NCBI GenBank assembly: GCA_050575255.1
Contig: JBNZDD010013621.1
Location: 2,119,412 to 2,183,411 of the forward strand
DNA: 64,000 nt
Origin: Harriotta raleighana
Lineage: Eukaryota
Reading direction: 5' to 3'
The position numbers were made by a program, and so were the translations under genes. The notes under the pieces were generated by a model. That model was not told the DNA's origin and searched no databases. It worked only from the letters and a program-made list of their open reading frames with translations. Positions within the stretch are counted from its first letter, which is position 1, and each line of letters opens with the position of its first letter. Below are positions 1 to 13,134 of the stretch, one piece after another.

Positions 1-79
1 GCCATTGCCATTGAATCCAAGACTAAAGTGTTCTTGCTAGAACTTACATGTCACTAACTCTACTTGCTGTTCATTCAGG

Positions 80-420
80 ATGAACCAGCTGGTGTACGAT
101 CTTAAGGTTCAGTTTTTATCTTGAGGTGAGTTTTCAAATCCCACACCCAGTCCATCATTAAGACATTAGGAGAATATATGCCCTTATTTACAGTCACTGC
201 TGCTAATCTTCTTATCCATACTTTTTATCACCTGGAGGAAAGCTTTCTGACGATCCTCTCCACTCTGGTTCCACTCTTCAGAAACTCCAACTGATACAGG
301 ATTCTTACATCTGATTATGGCCCAATTCTCAGTGAACATTTGCTAAACAAGGCTGCCTACACCATTTCTCCCATTCTCACCAAGCTCTATTGGTTTGCAT
401 TACTTCAATGAATTGAGATT
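80..420 (+). mobile_element. Old L2-clade LINE ORF2 C-terminal fragment
   Basis: Decayed L2-like peptides: AANLLIHTF, STLQKLQLIQDS, ISPILTKLYW. Confidence 0.6.
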
Positions 421-421
421 A

Positions 422-500
422 ACAACCACAAAATAACAACAACAAAATTACACTTTGATGGCGCCTTTCACATCAGGAGGACGTCCCAAACCGTCCCAAT
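422..500 (-). mobile_element. L2 LINE 3' tail (type A)
   Basis: Reverse of ttgggacgtcctcc..gatgtgaaaggcgc..taattttgttgttg. Confidence 0.8.
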
Positions 501-2880
501 TAAGAACCTCATCTTGCCCCACTAATGCAAACTTATCCAACCTTTCTGACTCTTGTCTGCATTCAGTTACCATAATTCTGTCCTCTACAGCTTTCTTCCA
601 AAACCACAATGCCCCTCTACCTCTCTCCTGCCTTCTATAACTTCCTGAAATATATCTCTTTGACTGTGGCTTTGTAACTATGCAGTTGCACCTCTCAAGC
701 TTTTTGATGAGTTCTTTAATGTGAAAGATGGTTTCTAAAAACAGGCTGTTGCTGGGTTGTTCATACAAAAAATTCTTGTAACACTACACGTGGGAAACAT
801 TATTCTACTTTTCAGTATTTTCCACTTTGGCATCTGTGTAACTCTAGGCTAGAGAAATGGAATGAAAGGCTTCTCATCACAATTAAAGCTTTAAAGATCC
901 TGTCACTTTCAATTCAGTTCCCAGTAAACATGAGTTCATTGGGCAAAACTCCCAATGTTTTTCCATTTTTTTTGGAAAATCTCACTCAAACTAAATTGTA
1001 AGAAATAAGATGTCATTCTAAACCACTGAGAAGATTGGTGGCTCTGAGTTTGGTGTTAAAACTATAATGCAGAATGAACTTATTATTATGCGTTACTTAA
1101 TATATGAACAATATTTTAAAGTTGTTACTGTGTCCACAAAAATGAAGGTGACTTCATGGATTTCCTTCAGGAAATCTTGTTGCTCATTCAGAGCATTATC
1201 TCAAGATGTTTAACCTGGTGCGATCTCAGTGGACATTTGCTGTATCATGTTATCCATCCACCTGCATGTTTCTCATCCACTTCAATGAGCATTAGTTCGA
1301 AGAGATATAATCCACTAAAATAAGTGCAACATGTATGTCAAATCCACCCAAAAAACATAGCTTATTATTGTGACATGACTGTAGTCCCTTCTCTGCTGAA
1401 AAACCAACATTGTAATTCTTATCAAAATGTTGTACAGTAGACTAGAGAAGAATTCCACTGAAAGTGAAATGCTGACATGGGACAGCCCTTTCATGGTTGT
1501 GAGTGGAATTACTTTTGCTAGACTTTTGAAAAAAAAGTTTTTGTTGTTGTGACTTCTCTTGTCTTGTGCGTCTTGGGATGTCCTCCCAACGTGAAAGGTG
1601 CACTCTAAATGTAATTTAGTTGATTTTATTATTGTCATTGAAAGCTGTGTGGCAAGCTATTCTGCTGTTTGTCCAATTAGGATTACCCTACCCACCAGGG
1701 CTTTGATTTGCAAAGTTAACAGTAGTTGAGTGGGAAGAATCCCTGCCACTGGGACTGGCTGGATACTGCTTGATGCCGAGCTCTTGCCATACGCCAATTG
1801 TAGAGAGTTAGTCTCAGACACCTGGCTAGTTGCAGGAATTTGAAGAGGAACAAAGCATAAGGTATGAGGAAAAACTAGAGAGTCTTAAAGCAGTCAGCTT
1901 TAAGATGGAGCAACAACAACAACAACTTGCATTTATTTTGTACCTCTCATCCTGGGTAGACCCTCAGAGCCATTGACATTGTCGGAGGATGATGACGAGC
2001 CAGGGAAATTTAATACCAAAATAGGTTCAGTTCGTCAAATGGCCTTAATGGCCTTTTCTTATTACTGTAATTTGTATAATTTATTTCATGTGGAACGTGT
2101 GGTGGATAAATCTGTACATGGATAGATCTTCCTTTCAATTAAATGATGCCACCATTAGAATACTAGTGATTTTTAAAAAATCAGTTCAGAGTAATAACAT
2201 TGTAAAAGAATTTCCAAACATAAAAGGCACTTCATAGGTCTTAAGATCTAATGACAGTACTGTAAAGCTTTCATTAGTTTGATCTTAACATTATGGCTCA
2301 AAGCAGGCCAAGGAAAAATAATATATTTAAACTTTAACAGCAATTTAAAGCGTAATTTCTGAAAAAAACGTGGCAACAGTTGACAATGTGATTATTCATA
2401 TCAAAGAGTTTTAGGTTTGCAAGAACTGTGATGAAGTTCACAATGGACTGAGTTTTGCTCAGCCTCACAATTGTTCATTGCTCTGTGTCAGATTATCTGA
2501 TTATTGTTTGGGAGAATCATAGACAGCAACAATCCAATGTCAATCAGATCAAATTTAGTGGGTAAAAACTCACCATGGTGTGATGCTAATGAACTGAATG
2601 GTGTATATTTGGAGTTGAATTCGCAGGGAGCCAGATTCCACAACAGTTGGCTTCATTGTGTGCTTCAAGTGCTCAGAGACATTATTTACGTGAAGTGCGC
2701 TATATACACGCAAGTTATTATTTAATGAACAATGCAGTATTGAACAACCAATAAATGCTCACAAGCTATTGCATTCTTCCCTAATTATTATCTTGTGCAG
2801 AAAATAAACTATTGTACTTGTAATTGGAACAACCGCATTAAAATATGTTCTCTGTAGCTCTATGTAGTGCATGTTGCAGC

Positions 2881-3074
2881 CTAAAATGTAGGATTTCTAA
2901 TGAGATTCCTTAATAAGGAATCCCACCGAGCCATGAGAACATTGCTTTGGAAGCAGATTGCATTGGAGTGGACTTCCCGCGGATCAGCACAATGTAACTC
3001 CAGCTATTAGGAGGCAGCATTTGCATAATCCTGATTCTTTACTAAGAAATCCAATTAGCATTCCTACATTTTAG
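2881..3074. repeat. Imperfect palindrome / MITE-like element with 42-bp inverted arms
   Basis: 2881-2922 matches the reverse complement of 3033-3074 at 35/42 positions. Confidence 0.75.
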
Positions 3075-3588
3075 ATTTGTATATCTTACAGCACTCCAAG
3101 ACATATTCTATGTGAAGTGTGCTATCTACAGTATATGAAAATTTTTGTTTTCTGTCTGTGTGTTAAGGGTGTGTGGGGGTGGTAGTGGGGGTGGGTAAGG
3201 GGTATTCCATTGTTGTCTATCTGTATTTTTCTTCAGCCAGGAGCTATTGCTGAGTTCCAGACATTTTCCACAACCTGCATCCAGGATGTTAGGTACTTGA
3301 CTGATGGTAGGGGTGGGGGGGGGCGGGAGGGTTTGCGCTAAATGTGGGTCATCACTTGCCAATATTTTCCTGCATCCAGTTCAACAATGCCCTCCACCTC
3401 TGGGCTGTACTCCATCTAGTGGACCGGGTGAGAACCAACAATATTTGCCCAATTGGGGGATGGCATGTTTAAGCGCAAGATGAATTGGGCCTTTTGTCCA
3501 CACCCACATTTTAGAACTATCTAAATCTAAACTCATTGTCAAATATCAGCCACTGAATTGAAAGATGTGGCAGATACTTCAGTCTTGT

Positions 3589-3943
3589 GGAGTCCTATAG
3601 CTTGGTGGTTAGAGAATTCGCTTCACCAGCAAGAGGACCTGGGTTTGATTCCCGGCCAGGGCGAAATGTTGGGCATGTTTCTTTACTTCTCTGTTTTCCT
3701 AGCAGTAAATAGGAATCTGGTTGTTATTTGATTTTCCATGGCTAATAATCCCTTGAAAAAAATTTCAGGATTTAATCCATGAATGTTTGTGGGACACTGC
3801 TATGTGTAATTGTCTGCCGTGTTTCGCCCACAAAACAAACGTAAATTCACTTTACAGTATATTCTGTGAAGCACTTTGAGCTGTCTACAAGATGTAATAA
3901 GACGCGATATCAAATGCATAGGTTATTACTGTATTATAATTAT
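3589..3943 (+). mobile_element. tRNA-derived Deu-domain SINE, long subfamily
   Basis: A-box tagcttggtgg, B-box ggtttgattcc, cctagcagtaaatagg segment, tttgtgggacactgct core, L2-like tail with (TTA)n. Confidence 0.9.
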
Positions 3944-3944
3944 C

Positions 3945-5025
3945 TCACCCCTCCCAGTCCTCAGCTCCTACCACGGCCCCTATCCCACATTCGTTTGACC
4001 CCATCTCTCCTTCCTCCCTCTCATTTATCATTATCACAATGAAAATCACCACCTGCCTGGATCCTCTCCTGACTCAACTGCTGATCCCCCACCTACCCTT
4101 CATTTGCCCACTGCTTTCAGACACTATTAACCAGTTAAACCAGGTCTTCTCACCTAACTTTGAAACCCAACTCTACTTGTCCACTTCCAGCTGAGAACAC
4201 CAGGCCCCTGATATTCTTGTCTGTCAAACATAAAGAGCTGGATGAGCACAAATTTCCTGCAGTTAAATGTCAACAAGACAGAAGCCATACTCTGGCTCCC
4301 ATAGACTGCCTCTGTCCCACAGTTCCAACCACCTCAACCAACTGACCACTCTAACCCCGTGCACAATCTAGAAGTCAGGTTTAATCCTTCCTCTCCCATA
4401 TCCGGTGCCTGATCGCTTTATTCCACCTCGTCACAGATGCCCTTCTTTAACATACTTCAACCCGAAAGCTGCTGAAACCATTGTCCATGCATTTGTCACC
4501 TCTTGGCTGGTCTAATCTAATGCCCTCATCGCCGGTCTCCCCTCCTCCACTATTCACAAAATTCAGCTCATTCAAAACTCTGCCGCCCACATTCTCACCT
4601 GCACCAAACTTTGCCCAAACAATCACCCAAGTACTTGTCAAATTCTACTGTCTCCCTGTCACAGAGCAGATCAACTTCAAGATTATCACTTTAATGTTTA
4701 AATCCCTCCATTCCTTCGCACCACCCTATACCTCTAACCTCCTCCCTTCTCACAGCACTCCCCATTGCCTCCACTCTACTGGGTCTAGCCTCCTCTTTGT
4801 CCCTCAAATCCTTTGTTTCACCATCAGTGGCCATGCTTTCACCCACTACGCCCTGAATCTTTGGAACTCCCCCTGTCAAATCCTTTACCTTGGCTCCTCC
4901 TTCTCCAATTCTGGGTTGCAACTCTCTTTGACTGCCTATGGTCACCTTTCCCCTTCCCCCTGGATCACCCTCGGACTCCGTTGTTGTTAAGTGCTCAGAG
5001 CCTCATGTGGAGGACGTACAAGAAG
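3945..5025 (+). mobile_element. L2-clade LINE ORF2 fragments and 3' end
   Basis: AETIVHAFVTS, KIQLIQNSAA, INFKIITLMFKSLH, LWNS motifs; pyrimidine-rich strand. Confidence 0.85.
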
Positions 5026-5588
5026 AGCTTTAATTGACTGTAAAAAGAGCTTTCAAATCTTTGTTAAAGTTATTATTTGATACCCCAAAATGTATGTAAA
5101 AACTGGACAATTTTGATTGAACTTAAGGAATGTGAGCCAGAGCATTTGGACCAAATGGAGTGAGATCTGTATTTGTGAGTTTTGTGATTGTGTTTATGAA
5201 GACTTGATGGATAGGTATTATTCCTTTCCTTATTTGAAAGGATGGTGTCTAACAATCTATCTCAAGTCAATAAAATGGACATTGTGTTGATGTAAGAGAC
5301 TCTACGATCAACGAAAAGGACCTAAATGTCAACATTCACAAAACCAGAAATGTGTGGCTTCAAATTAACCTGACACTGTCCTGAAGAATTGGAATTCTTG
5401 GTGCCTTCCAGTCTGCTTGAACGAGATCTTCAAGGGATTTTACGACGTGAAGGTGTCAAGAAAGGACAAGTAACTGTCGAATGGAACTCTTCACATATAG
5501 TAACAGAGGAACTCCAACTTCCTGAGATGGAAATCCTGATAAACTTTGGGGCCTCCCATGTGTGGAAAGAAGATTGGACGATCAGTTC

Positions 5589-5652
5589 AACAACAACAAC
5601 AACTTTGATTTATATAGCGCCCTCCTCGCCGGATGACATCTCAGAGCACTTA
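5589..5652 (-). mobile_element. L2 LINE 3' tail (type B)
   Basis: (CAA)n then reverse of gtgctctgagatgtcatccggcgaggagggcgctatataaatc. Confidence 0.8.
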
Positions 5653-5674
5653 AGGAATGTGAATGAACAATCAA

Positions 5675-5727
5675 AGAGGCCATTCTACCCAATCAAAGTA
5701 TGACTTTGATTGGGTAGAATGGCCTCT
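5675..5727. repeat. Perfect 25-bp inverted repeat with 3-nt loop
   Basis: agaggccattctacccaatcaaagt-atg-actttgattgggtagaatggcctct. Confidence 0.97.
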
Positions 5728-7051
5728 GGCTACACCTTATTTCATAAGGTGTCCGAACTTTCAGGTATAAAAGACAAAACAAATGTTAAGAATTTGGACA
5801 CCATTGGGATACTCCTGCAACACTGTTGAGACAGTATCAGTGCTGTATCCCATGATCCATGTGGGTTCGCAGCTAAACAATTAGCCAAAGGATTATTGGT
5901 GTGTTAGTGTCCCCAGGGAAGGTCGAGGTCAGCCTGAGCCCTGAATCATCTTCTGCAGTTGTAAGCATAAGACTTGTAACTGTTTAATAACCGTCTTATG
6001 ATTAATAAATTAACTCTATTTATCCATTGCCTCTGTACTATCTCAGGGTCGTACCACATAAAAACCCTACAGCGCTATATAAATGCAAATTTTATTGTGT
6101 TGTTATTATGTCTTAAATTTACTCTCAGATTTTAAATGTATTTTACATCCATTTGTCTTAACAGCTAACAACTCCTCCGATACAATTGGACATTCACTAC
6201 ATGATTGTTTGTGAGATGTTGCTGGGTGTAAATTGGCTGTCACATTTGCTACAGGTCCACAGCCATACACTTGGCAGTATCTTTCTGTGAAGTGCTTTGA
6301 GATGTCTTGATGAGATGATAAGGATTGATACCAATTGCTAGGTGTATTATTATATATTTTTTCTGTGTGTTATTCTGTGTCTTTCCATGCATTGCATTTT
6401 GTGGATTCTATTATGGAATTCCTTCTTGCTAGGAAAACCCAAGTCACGATATGCTGATAGAAAATTGGAGCAGTTCAGGTGCACAATCATTACAGTCTCC
6501 AAACTTTAGGAACTCATTGCTATTCTACTAAAAATATGCTCCAGGATAAATAGAGTGCAGTGCCGACTGTGACAGTTTACAGAAACCACTGAATTGTGTT
6601 GGGTTTCTTATTTATATCATATTTCTGACTAATTTAAGAGTGAGGATGGCTCCAGCAGGTCTCTGGGTGGGTTTTGACTGCTTTGCAACACAAGTAATGT
6701 ACATTGAAACTGAAAAAACACTAAACACTATTAAAGTAATTAAGTTATTGAAACATCAGGAAGAGCATTATTATTGCAATATTGGAGCTAAATTTGCTGT
6801 GGTGTATATTCGATCAGTGTCAAGGGATCATTTCGAATCGATAAACATTTTTGAATTTCCTTAATGCATTTGATGTGCTAGCACTAACATACAGTATNAA
6901 TTATTATAATAGTAACAATAATCTACAAAAACGGAATCTGTTTTAATAATTAAAAAAATTTGACCAGACTTGAAATGAAACAATGGTATTGTAGACCACT
7001 CTAAAAAGCTGCTGAAGCTATGTACATTTGATTTGTTCTTGATGTATTAAA

Positions 7052-7222
7052 TAATTATAATCCTTGCATTTGATTTAGCACCTTATCATATCGTTGAGAT
7101 ATCTCGAAGTACTTTAGAGATTATACTGTAAAGTGAATTAACTATATATTTTGTGGGTTGAAACGTGTCAGCCAATTGAACACAGCAGTGTGCCACAAAC
7201 AGTTGTGGATTGAGTGACCAAA
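7052..7222 (-). mobile_element. Deu-domain SINE, 3' half
   Basis: Reverse of core and tail (aatccttgcatttgat..gccaattgaacacagcagtgtgccacaaac). Confidence 0.8.
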
Positions 7223-7409
7223 TGCACATGTGAATGAGTTTCATGAACAAAATCTGTACATTTCTGGAGTATATGTTGAATTGTGCATACACAAAAGTTT
7301 GCCTACACAATACTGTACACAGTCACTACTCTCTACAGTAAAAGCATGTAAAGTTCTATTAGATTTGAAAGACGTTACATCAAATGCAAGGAATTTATTT
7401 GATCATCTG

Positions 7410-7700
7410 GATGTCTGATACTTATGGAAACCTATCACCATGTTTAAGAATATCCAAACCAAACAGAGTTCCTTGCATGCAACCTAAAGATGGAAATTCC
7501 TGTGTTTTTAATGGAATACACACTCTCTGCCTTAAGCAATGCGTCTTGCTTACTTAATTTCAGAGAGTATAAGGCACAGGCTGGCAAAAGCTAAGGCTTG
7601 GGGACCCCAGTGTTTGTTGCGAAATTACTGGAGTTTAACGAACTAAAACTACATAGCTTGAGGGAAGAATCCCTGCCCCAGTGATGAATTTTCCCCTCTA
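7410..7700 (-). repeat. Unclassified interspersed repeat (family X) copy
   Basis: Shares atcacc.tgtttaaga.tatccaaacc, atggaaattcc, cactctct and cagagagtat.aggcacagg with 24125-24330; strand inferred. Confidence 0.7.
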
Positions 7701-8111
7701 AATCCTGCCGATGAGCGAGGTTGGCTGTGCTGTTATCAGCAGTTCCCTGGAATACTGCGGACTCACCTGGTTCAGGCACCAAACTACCAAGACCACCAAA
7801 GAGGGTTGGTTCGATTCCGACATTCTCTTACCAAGCATATCACCATCAGCATCACGATCTTCCCCCAAGGAGGACAGTTAGTAATTAGTCATTTGACATC
7901 TAACAAGTTCAAGCTTGATCCCTCACTAGATGGATGGCAGGAACCAGGAACTCCCTGCAAGCTTCTTGGTGGCAGCACAGCTCAGCAAGAAATGCGAGAG
8001 AGCATTGACAACATCTTTCTACCCATGACCTAGAAACATGTTGCTTCCCATTGAGCAAAATGCAGAGTTTAAGCAGCAGTTACTTAACTCTTTGCAAACC
8101 CAACAATGTGT

Positions 8112-8482
8112 CAGCCTGGCTCAGTGTGTAGGGGTTCAAGCCCCATGTCAGAATGTGGAACTCACATAGTTTAAGATGACATGTCGATGCAGTGCAGGGT
8201 GTGTTTGAGGTGCTGTCCTTCAGATTAAATGATAAACCAAGTCCCCATCTGCCTGTTCAGGTGCACCTTGCAGAAGCAAAAGGGAGTTTCTCCCGGTGCC
8301 CTAACCAACAATCTCTCCATTAAAATTGGTCATTTACTTCATAGCAGTTTGTGGGACAATGTTGTGCACAAATTTGCTGCCACAAAACACACAGTTAATG
8401 CACTTTACATTTTACTGTATATGGAATCCTCTTTCAGGCTCACATGAAAGTCATTATATAAAAAGTAAGGAATATTACTATT
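8112..8482 (+). mobile_element. Older full-length DeuSINE (SacSINE1/AmnSINE1-like)
   Basis: cagcctggctcagt head, aaaccaagtccccatctgcctgttcaggtg, agggagtttctcccggtg and tttgtgggac Deu motifs (recalled consensus). Confidence 0.75.
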
Positions 8483-8504
8483 AGGATAATTCTAGTGAGT
8501 TAAT

Positions 8505-9253
8505 GGTGTCCTGTAGCTGAATGGTTAGAGTATTCGCCCTACAAGAACATAAGAATTAGGAGCAAGAGTAGGCCATTCAGCCCCTCAATCCTGCCCCGCC
8601 ATTCAATAAGATCATGGCTGATCTACTCTAACTCCACCTACCCGCCTTATCCCCATATCCCTTAATTTATCCACAAGAAATCTTATCAATCTCAGTCTTG
8701 ATTATGTTCAGGGACTGACCATCTACAGCCCTTTGGCGTAAAGAATTCCATAAATTCACTATCGTCTGTGTGAAGAAGTTTTTTTCTCAACTCAGTGTGA
8801 AAAGGCTGACCCCTAACTTTAAGACTGTGACCCCTGGTTTTAGTTTCACCGACCGAATCTCCCACTATCTGCTTTGTCATGCCCCTTAATAATCTTATAG
8901 GTTCTATAAAATCCCCTCTAATTCTTCTATATTCCAGAGAAAATAGGTTCAAATTAATCAACCTATCATCATAACAAGCAAGAGACCTGGGTTATATTCC
9001 AGCCAGGGTGATACCTTGGGCAAGTTTCCTTACTCCACAAGCCTAATAATAATCCCTCCAAAAAAAACCACAATAATAAAATTGGTCATTTCAATGCCCA
9101 CTGGGACACTGCTGTGTGCAATTAGCTGCCGTGTTTCGCTCACAAATATACAGTCAATTCACTTTACAGTATATTCAGTAAAGTACTTTGAGATATCTAG
9201 AAAACATGAAAAGTGCTATATCAAATGCAAGGATTATTATTATTATCATTATT
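8505..9253 (+). mobile_element. Deu-domain SINE (short subfamily) interrupted by a CR1 insertion
   Basis: Head 8505-8545 resumes at 8974 (acaagcaagagacctggg) and runs to the (TTA)n tail. Confidence 0.9.
8546..8973 (-). mobile_element. 5'-truncated CR1 LINE 3' end
   Basis: LFSLEYRRIRGDFIE..TRGHSLKV peptide, CR1 3'UTR and ttcttatgtt tail; flanking acaag at 8541-8545 and 8974-8978. Confidence 0.92.
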
Positions 9254-9289
9254 AATCCACCAAAACCTAACCAGGACCACCTTCTTCCA

Positions 9290-9838
9290 CCTCCGGCACA
9301 ATGTCCTCCTCTGACCTTACCTTACCCCCAAATGCAGCCAAATTTTTGTGCATGCATTTGTCACTTCCGGCTTGGATTACTCGCACTCTTCACTGTTCTC
9401 CCCAGCTCCACTATCCAAAAGCTCCAGCTAATTCAGAACTCTGCAGCCTGCATACTGACCCAGACCAAACTCCTTACCCACATCTCACCAGTTCCAGCCA
9501 CTCCATCACTTAATTAATTGACTTCAAGATCCTCACACTCGTGTTCAAATCATTTCACTCCATAACACCTCCCTACCTTTCCGACCTACTCACTGCCCAA
9601 TCCAACAGCCAGCTCCTCCGCTCGACTATCACGAAATTCCAAACTCTGGTACATTCTCCCTTAATCCCTCTACCTTGCCTTCTCTCCCCCTTTTCGAGTG
9701 TGCTGATGGCTACCTCCTATCCCTCACCCCCACCTTCATCCCTTCCCCAAGCTCGGAGGCAGGCTTTGCTACTGTTAAATGCTCTGTAACACTAGTCAGC
9801 ATGGAGGATGCTACAGTATCTAATTGCAAATTGTTACT
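9290..9838 (+). mobile_element. L2 LINE 3' fragment
   Basis: SSTIQKLQLIQNSAACILT..HISP, DFKILTLVFKS motifs. Confidence 0.85.
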
Positions 9839-12789
9839 GGTTTACAAGCCCTGGATAGATGGGCAAGTCTGAATGAACCTGAACTTCAGGTAATGGCTTC
9901 CAGCAGCTTGGTTTAATGTCTCATCTGAATGATGCAACACACATACTCTATGGGTGTGTCATCTTCAGGTTTTAATTGAAGCTAATTGGAATTTCCCTGC
10001 ACTGAGGTCATTCTGCTAGATTCTACCAGGCGTTTTACATCTGTACATTGTACAATGCCATTTGTGGAGTAAAACCCCACAATTCACCACAATTACAATA
10101 TCAATATTGAGGCCACACATATCGCATGAGGCTCTGTGATAGTCTCATGCATGAAAAGAAAACTATCTTTACACCTAAAAAATAAGTTACAAAACGGATG
10201 CAGACTTTGCCCCCAGGCTGCCAATTGAGAATGTGCCCACAAATGTACAGTCAATTCACTTTACAGTATATTCTGTGAAGCGCTTTGGGACGGCGATATG
10301 ATGTGAAAAGCGCTATATCAAATGCAAGGAATATTATTATTATTATGTGCCTCTGTAAACAACCAAGTAATAAAAGTAAATATATTTTTAGAATGAATAA
10401 AATACATCCTGCCATGAATGAACAGACATGCTCCTGCCATCCACTAGGACAGTAAATGTCTTATAGAGAAAATAACAGTTTGGGTGTTATCTCTGATGAA
10501 TTGCTTTACAGAAGTGAACTAGGTTTCAAGCAAAAACCTGTTTTTTGACTGATATTATTCTTTGCTGAATCTTCAGCTTCTAGAGGTCGTAGATGCACTC
10601 AACCCTAATGAAATGCTTTTTTTTGCAATAGTTAAATAAACTAGAACTAAAGTACACAGATTCAAGCACATGTTAATGTGAATATACATTTAAAATTGAA
10701 TTTGTTTATTAATGGTAGTAATAATCCTTGTATTTAATATTGAATTATTTTCTGTATTAAAAATGGGGGGAAACTGAGTGGAAAAATTAATACAAGAAAT
10801 TTCTGGAAATTTCTGTTTAGTTTATCAATTTATCAAAAATAAATTAAAATAATTTAGACGTTTGCTTTATTGATGAACGTGTCAGCCTGTCTCAGTGGTA
10901 GCTGTCTCAGAAGATTCGGGGTTTAAGTGCTTTGTCAGAGCTTTGAAATCAGTCAGGGGTTACACAGTATTGGCAATTTACCATTATTCTTCCATCCTTG
11001 TCAGACCTCCTCTCTCTCTTTGTTACTGTGCTTTTGGCCCCCACTGCTTAGCTCTCCTCCCCAGCCTGCTCCCACTCAGTTGTGTGAAATGCTTTGAAAC
11101 ATCCTTCCAATGAGAAAGGTGCTATTTCAATTATTGTCTGCAACAGATTCTATGGTGCCTGAGTCAGCTCTTTACATGTAAAATGACAGTGTACTGAGAC
11201 CCTAAGGTACTTTCACTACTCAATTTCATTTTCTCAGATTTTTCCCTGTTAATCCCATCATGTGTTTTGTTATTTCAGTTTTATCTTTTATCTTGTATTG
11301 GTTCTCTGTTCTGTCTACATTTGCTAAATGCAGCTGTTTTCTTCTGCCCCCACCCAAAAAAAAATCAACATCTATCTTTTTCACATCCAAAGCTATGTAG
11401 CTATAAGGCCTTCCTGGTTTGTTTGCAAAGTGTTTTCACAGGGTGATAAAACATGATATTCATAACAGAGGTCACATACAGGGACTCCTGGTAATAACTG
11501 GAAGTGCGTCATGTGACCTTTGGGAATTCCGGATCTACGTCTGGAGCAGAGTTCCCATGACTCTTGTTACAAATATTACATTTTAGACCTCAATCGGATG
11601 ACAGATGAGCAAAAAGTTTGACCTTACAAAACAGCAAAATGACAAGTGGTTTACGTATCTCTGACTGTCTCAGTTGCCTGCAGGAAACAATTTATGCAGC
11701 CATGACATCTCATCCATGGTTGAGGTAGGAGAAAGTGCCAAATTGAATTAGTTTGTCAGAACTTGGAAGGAGTTTGTCAGCACTTGGAAGGAGTTTAAAT
11801 TGCTCAAATTAAGACATGAAACGTAATATAAAAGAAAGCTACATGGATACACAATTCCAGAAACTCCACATTTGAGTAAACATAGTGCAAGATGGCTGAT
11901 GTGGTAATTTCATAAAAAGTAAATACTGTGATGATATTAAAAGCGGACAGAAAACAAAATTGGTGTCTGATATAAGCTACTGTTTAAAAGAAAATAGAAA
12001 ACAAAGATGGGGAATGAGGAGATAAACTGGGTTGTAAATTGATTGAAAGCTGAAATTCATATGCTTTTAATTGCCCTGAAAAGTGGTCTCATCTGGCTCC
12101 ACAGAGGTTTGGTGACATTCTTGACTTGCTGTACTGCTGAATGCACACAAGTGTGTGCAGCACATTGACTAGAAAGACAAACTGTTATGACAACTGTGCC
12201 CTGCAATACTGCAAAACATTTTGGAATGTGTCCAGGTCTATACGAATGTGGCTGAACCTAAATTGCACAGCTGTCACAAGCTTATCTGCCCTCTGACACT
12301 CAGAGCTCTCCCCTGCATTGTCTGTGATTATAGTGTAGTAAATGACAGAACATCACTTAAAAACTATAGATAGGGTATTCCTGTTACCTGTGTCGGTGAG
12401 GGATATCTCCATATAACAACCTGCTTTCCACTGACTGGCAATACGCCCAAAGGCCAGTTACCGCAATGAATGTTTTTCTCCTCTTGGGTTTTCACATTTT
12501 CTTTTGTCATAAAGATGTTATCGTGAGTTGTCACTGATATGAATAGGGTCTTACAATTATAATCCTTGCATTTTATATAGTTTCCTGTCACTTTGAACGT
12601 CTTAAAGCACTTCACAGATTATTCTATCATAATAAAACAATAATAATCTTGCATTTCATATAACGTCCTTTGTTTCAGGAAGATATCTAAAAATACTTTA
12701 CTGTAACAACATCAACAACTTCGAATTACATAGCGCCCTCCATGCCGGACGGCGTCACAGAGCGCTTAAATGCGATGCCCTGCAAACAG

Positions 12790-13048
12790 CCAGGAAGTTA
12801 ACCACCAATTTTATCTGGTTATTTAATCTTTGGTTAGGAAATATCTCAGAAACTTCCTTCTCTTATCAAATAGTATCACAAGTTCTTAAATGTCAACCTG
12901 AAAAGGGGCAGACAAGACCTCAGTTTAAAATCTCATCGACAACCCCAGCACTCCATTGGAGTGTCAGCCTTGACTTCTGTGAGTTCACAAACCTTACATG
13001 GTGGGTTTGAAACCACAATCTTCTGACTCAGAAGCAAGCGTGCTACTA
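12790..13048 (-). mobile_element. Older DeuSINE (SacSINE1-like) fragment
   Basis: ttggagtgtcagcc..tttgaaaccacaatcttctgactcagaagcaagcgtgctac is the reverse of the head. Confidence 0.7.
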
Positions 13049-13134
13049 AAGGAAAATATGTTTTACTCACCAGAGTAAGTGTTCTATTCCAGATACTGCT
13101 GAAATGTTCTAATATTACAGGGATTTAGCACCCT

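Noticed and set aside
6898-6898. Single N
   Set aside because: Assembly ambiguity; no flanking duplication.
11750-11795. 21-bp tandem duplication (also 18-bp at ~61848-61890)
   Set aside because: Ordinary slippage duplications with no further structure.
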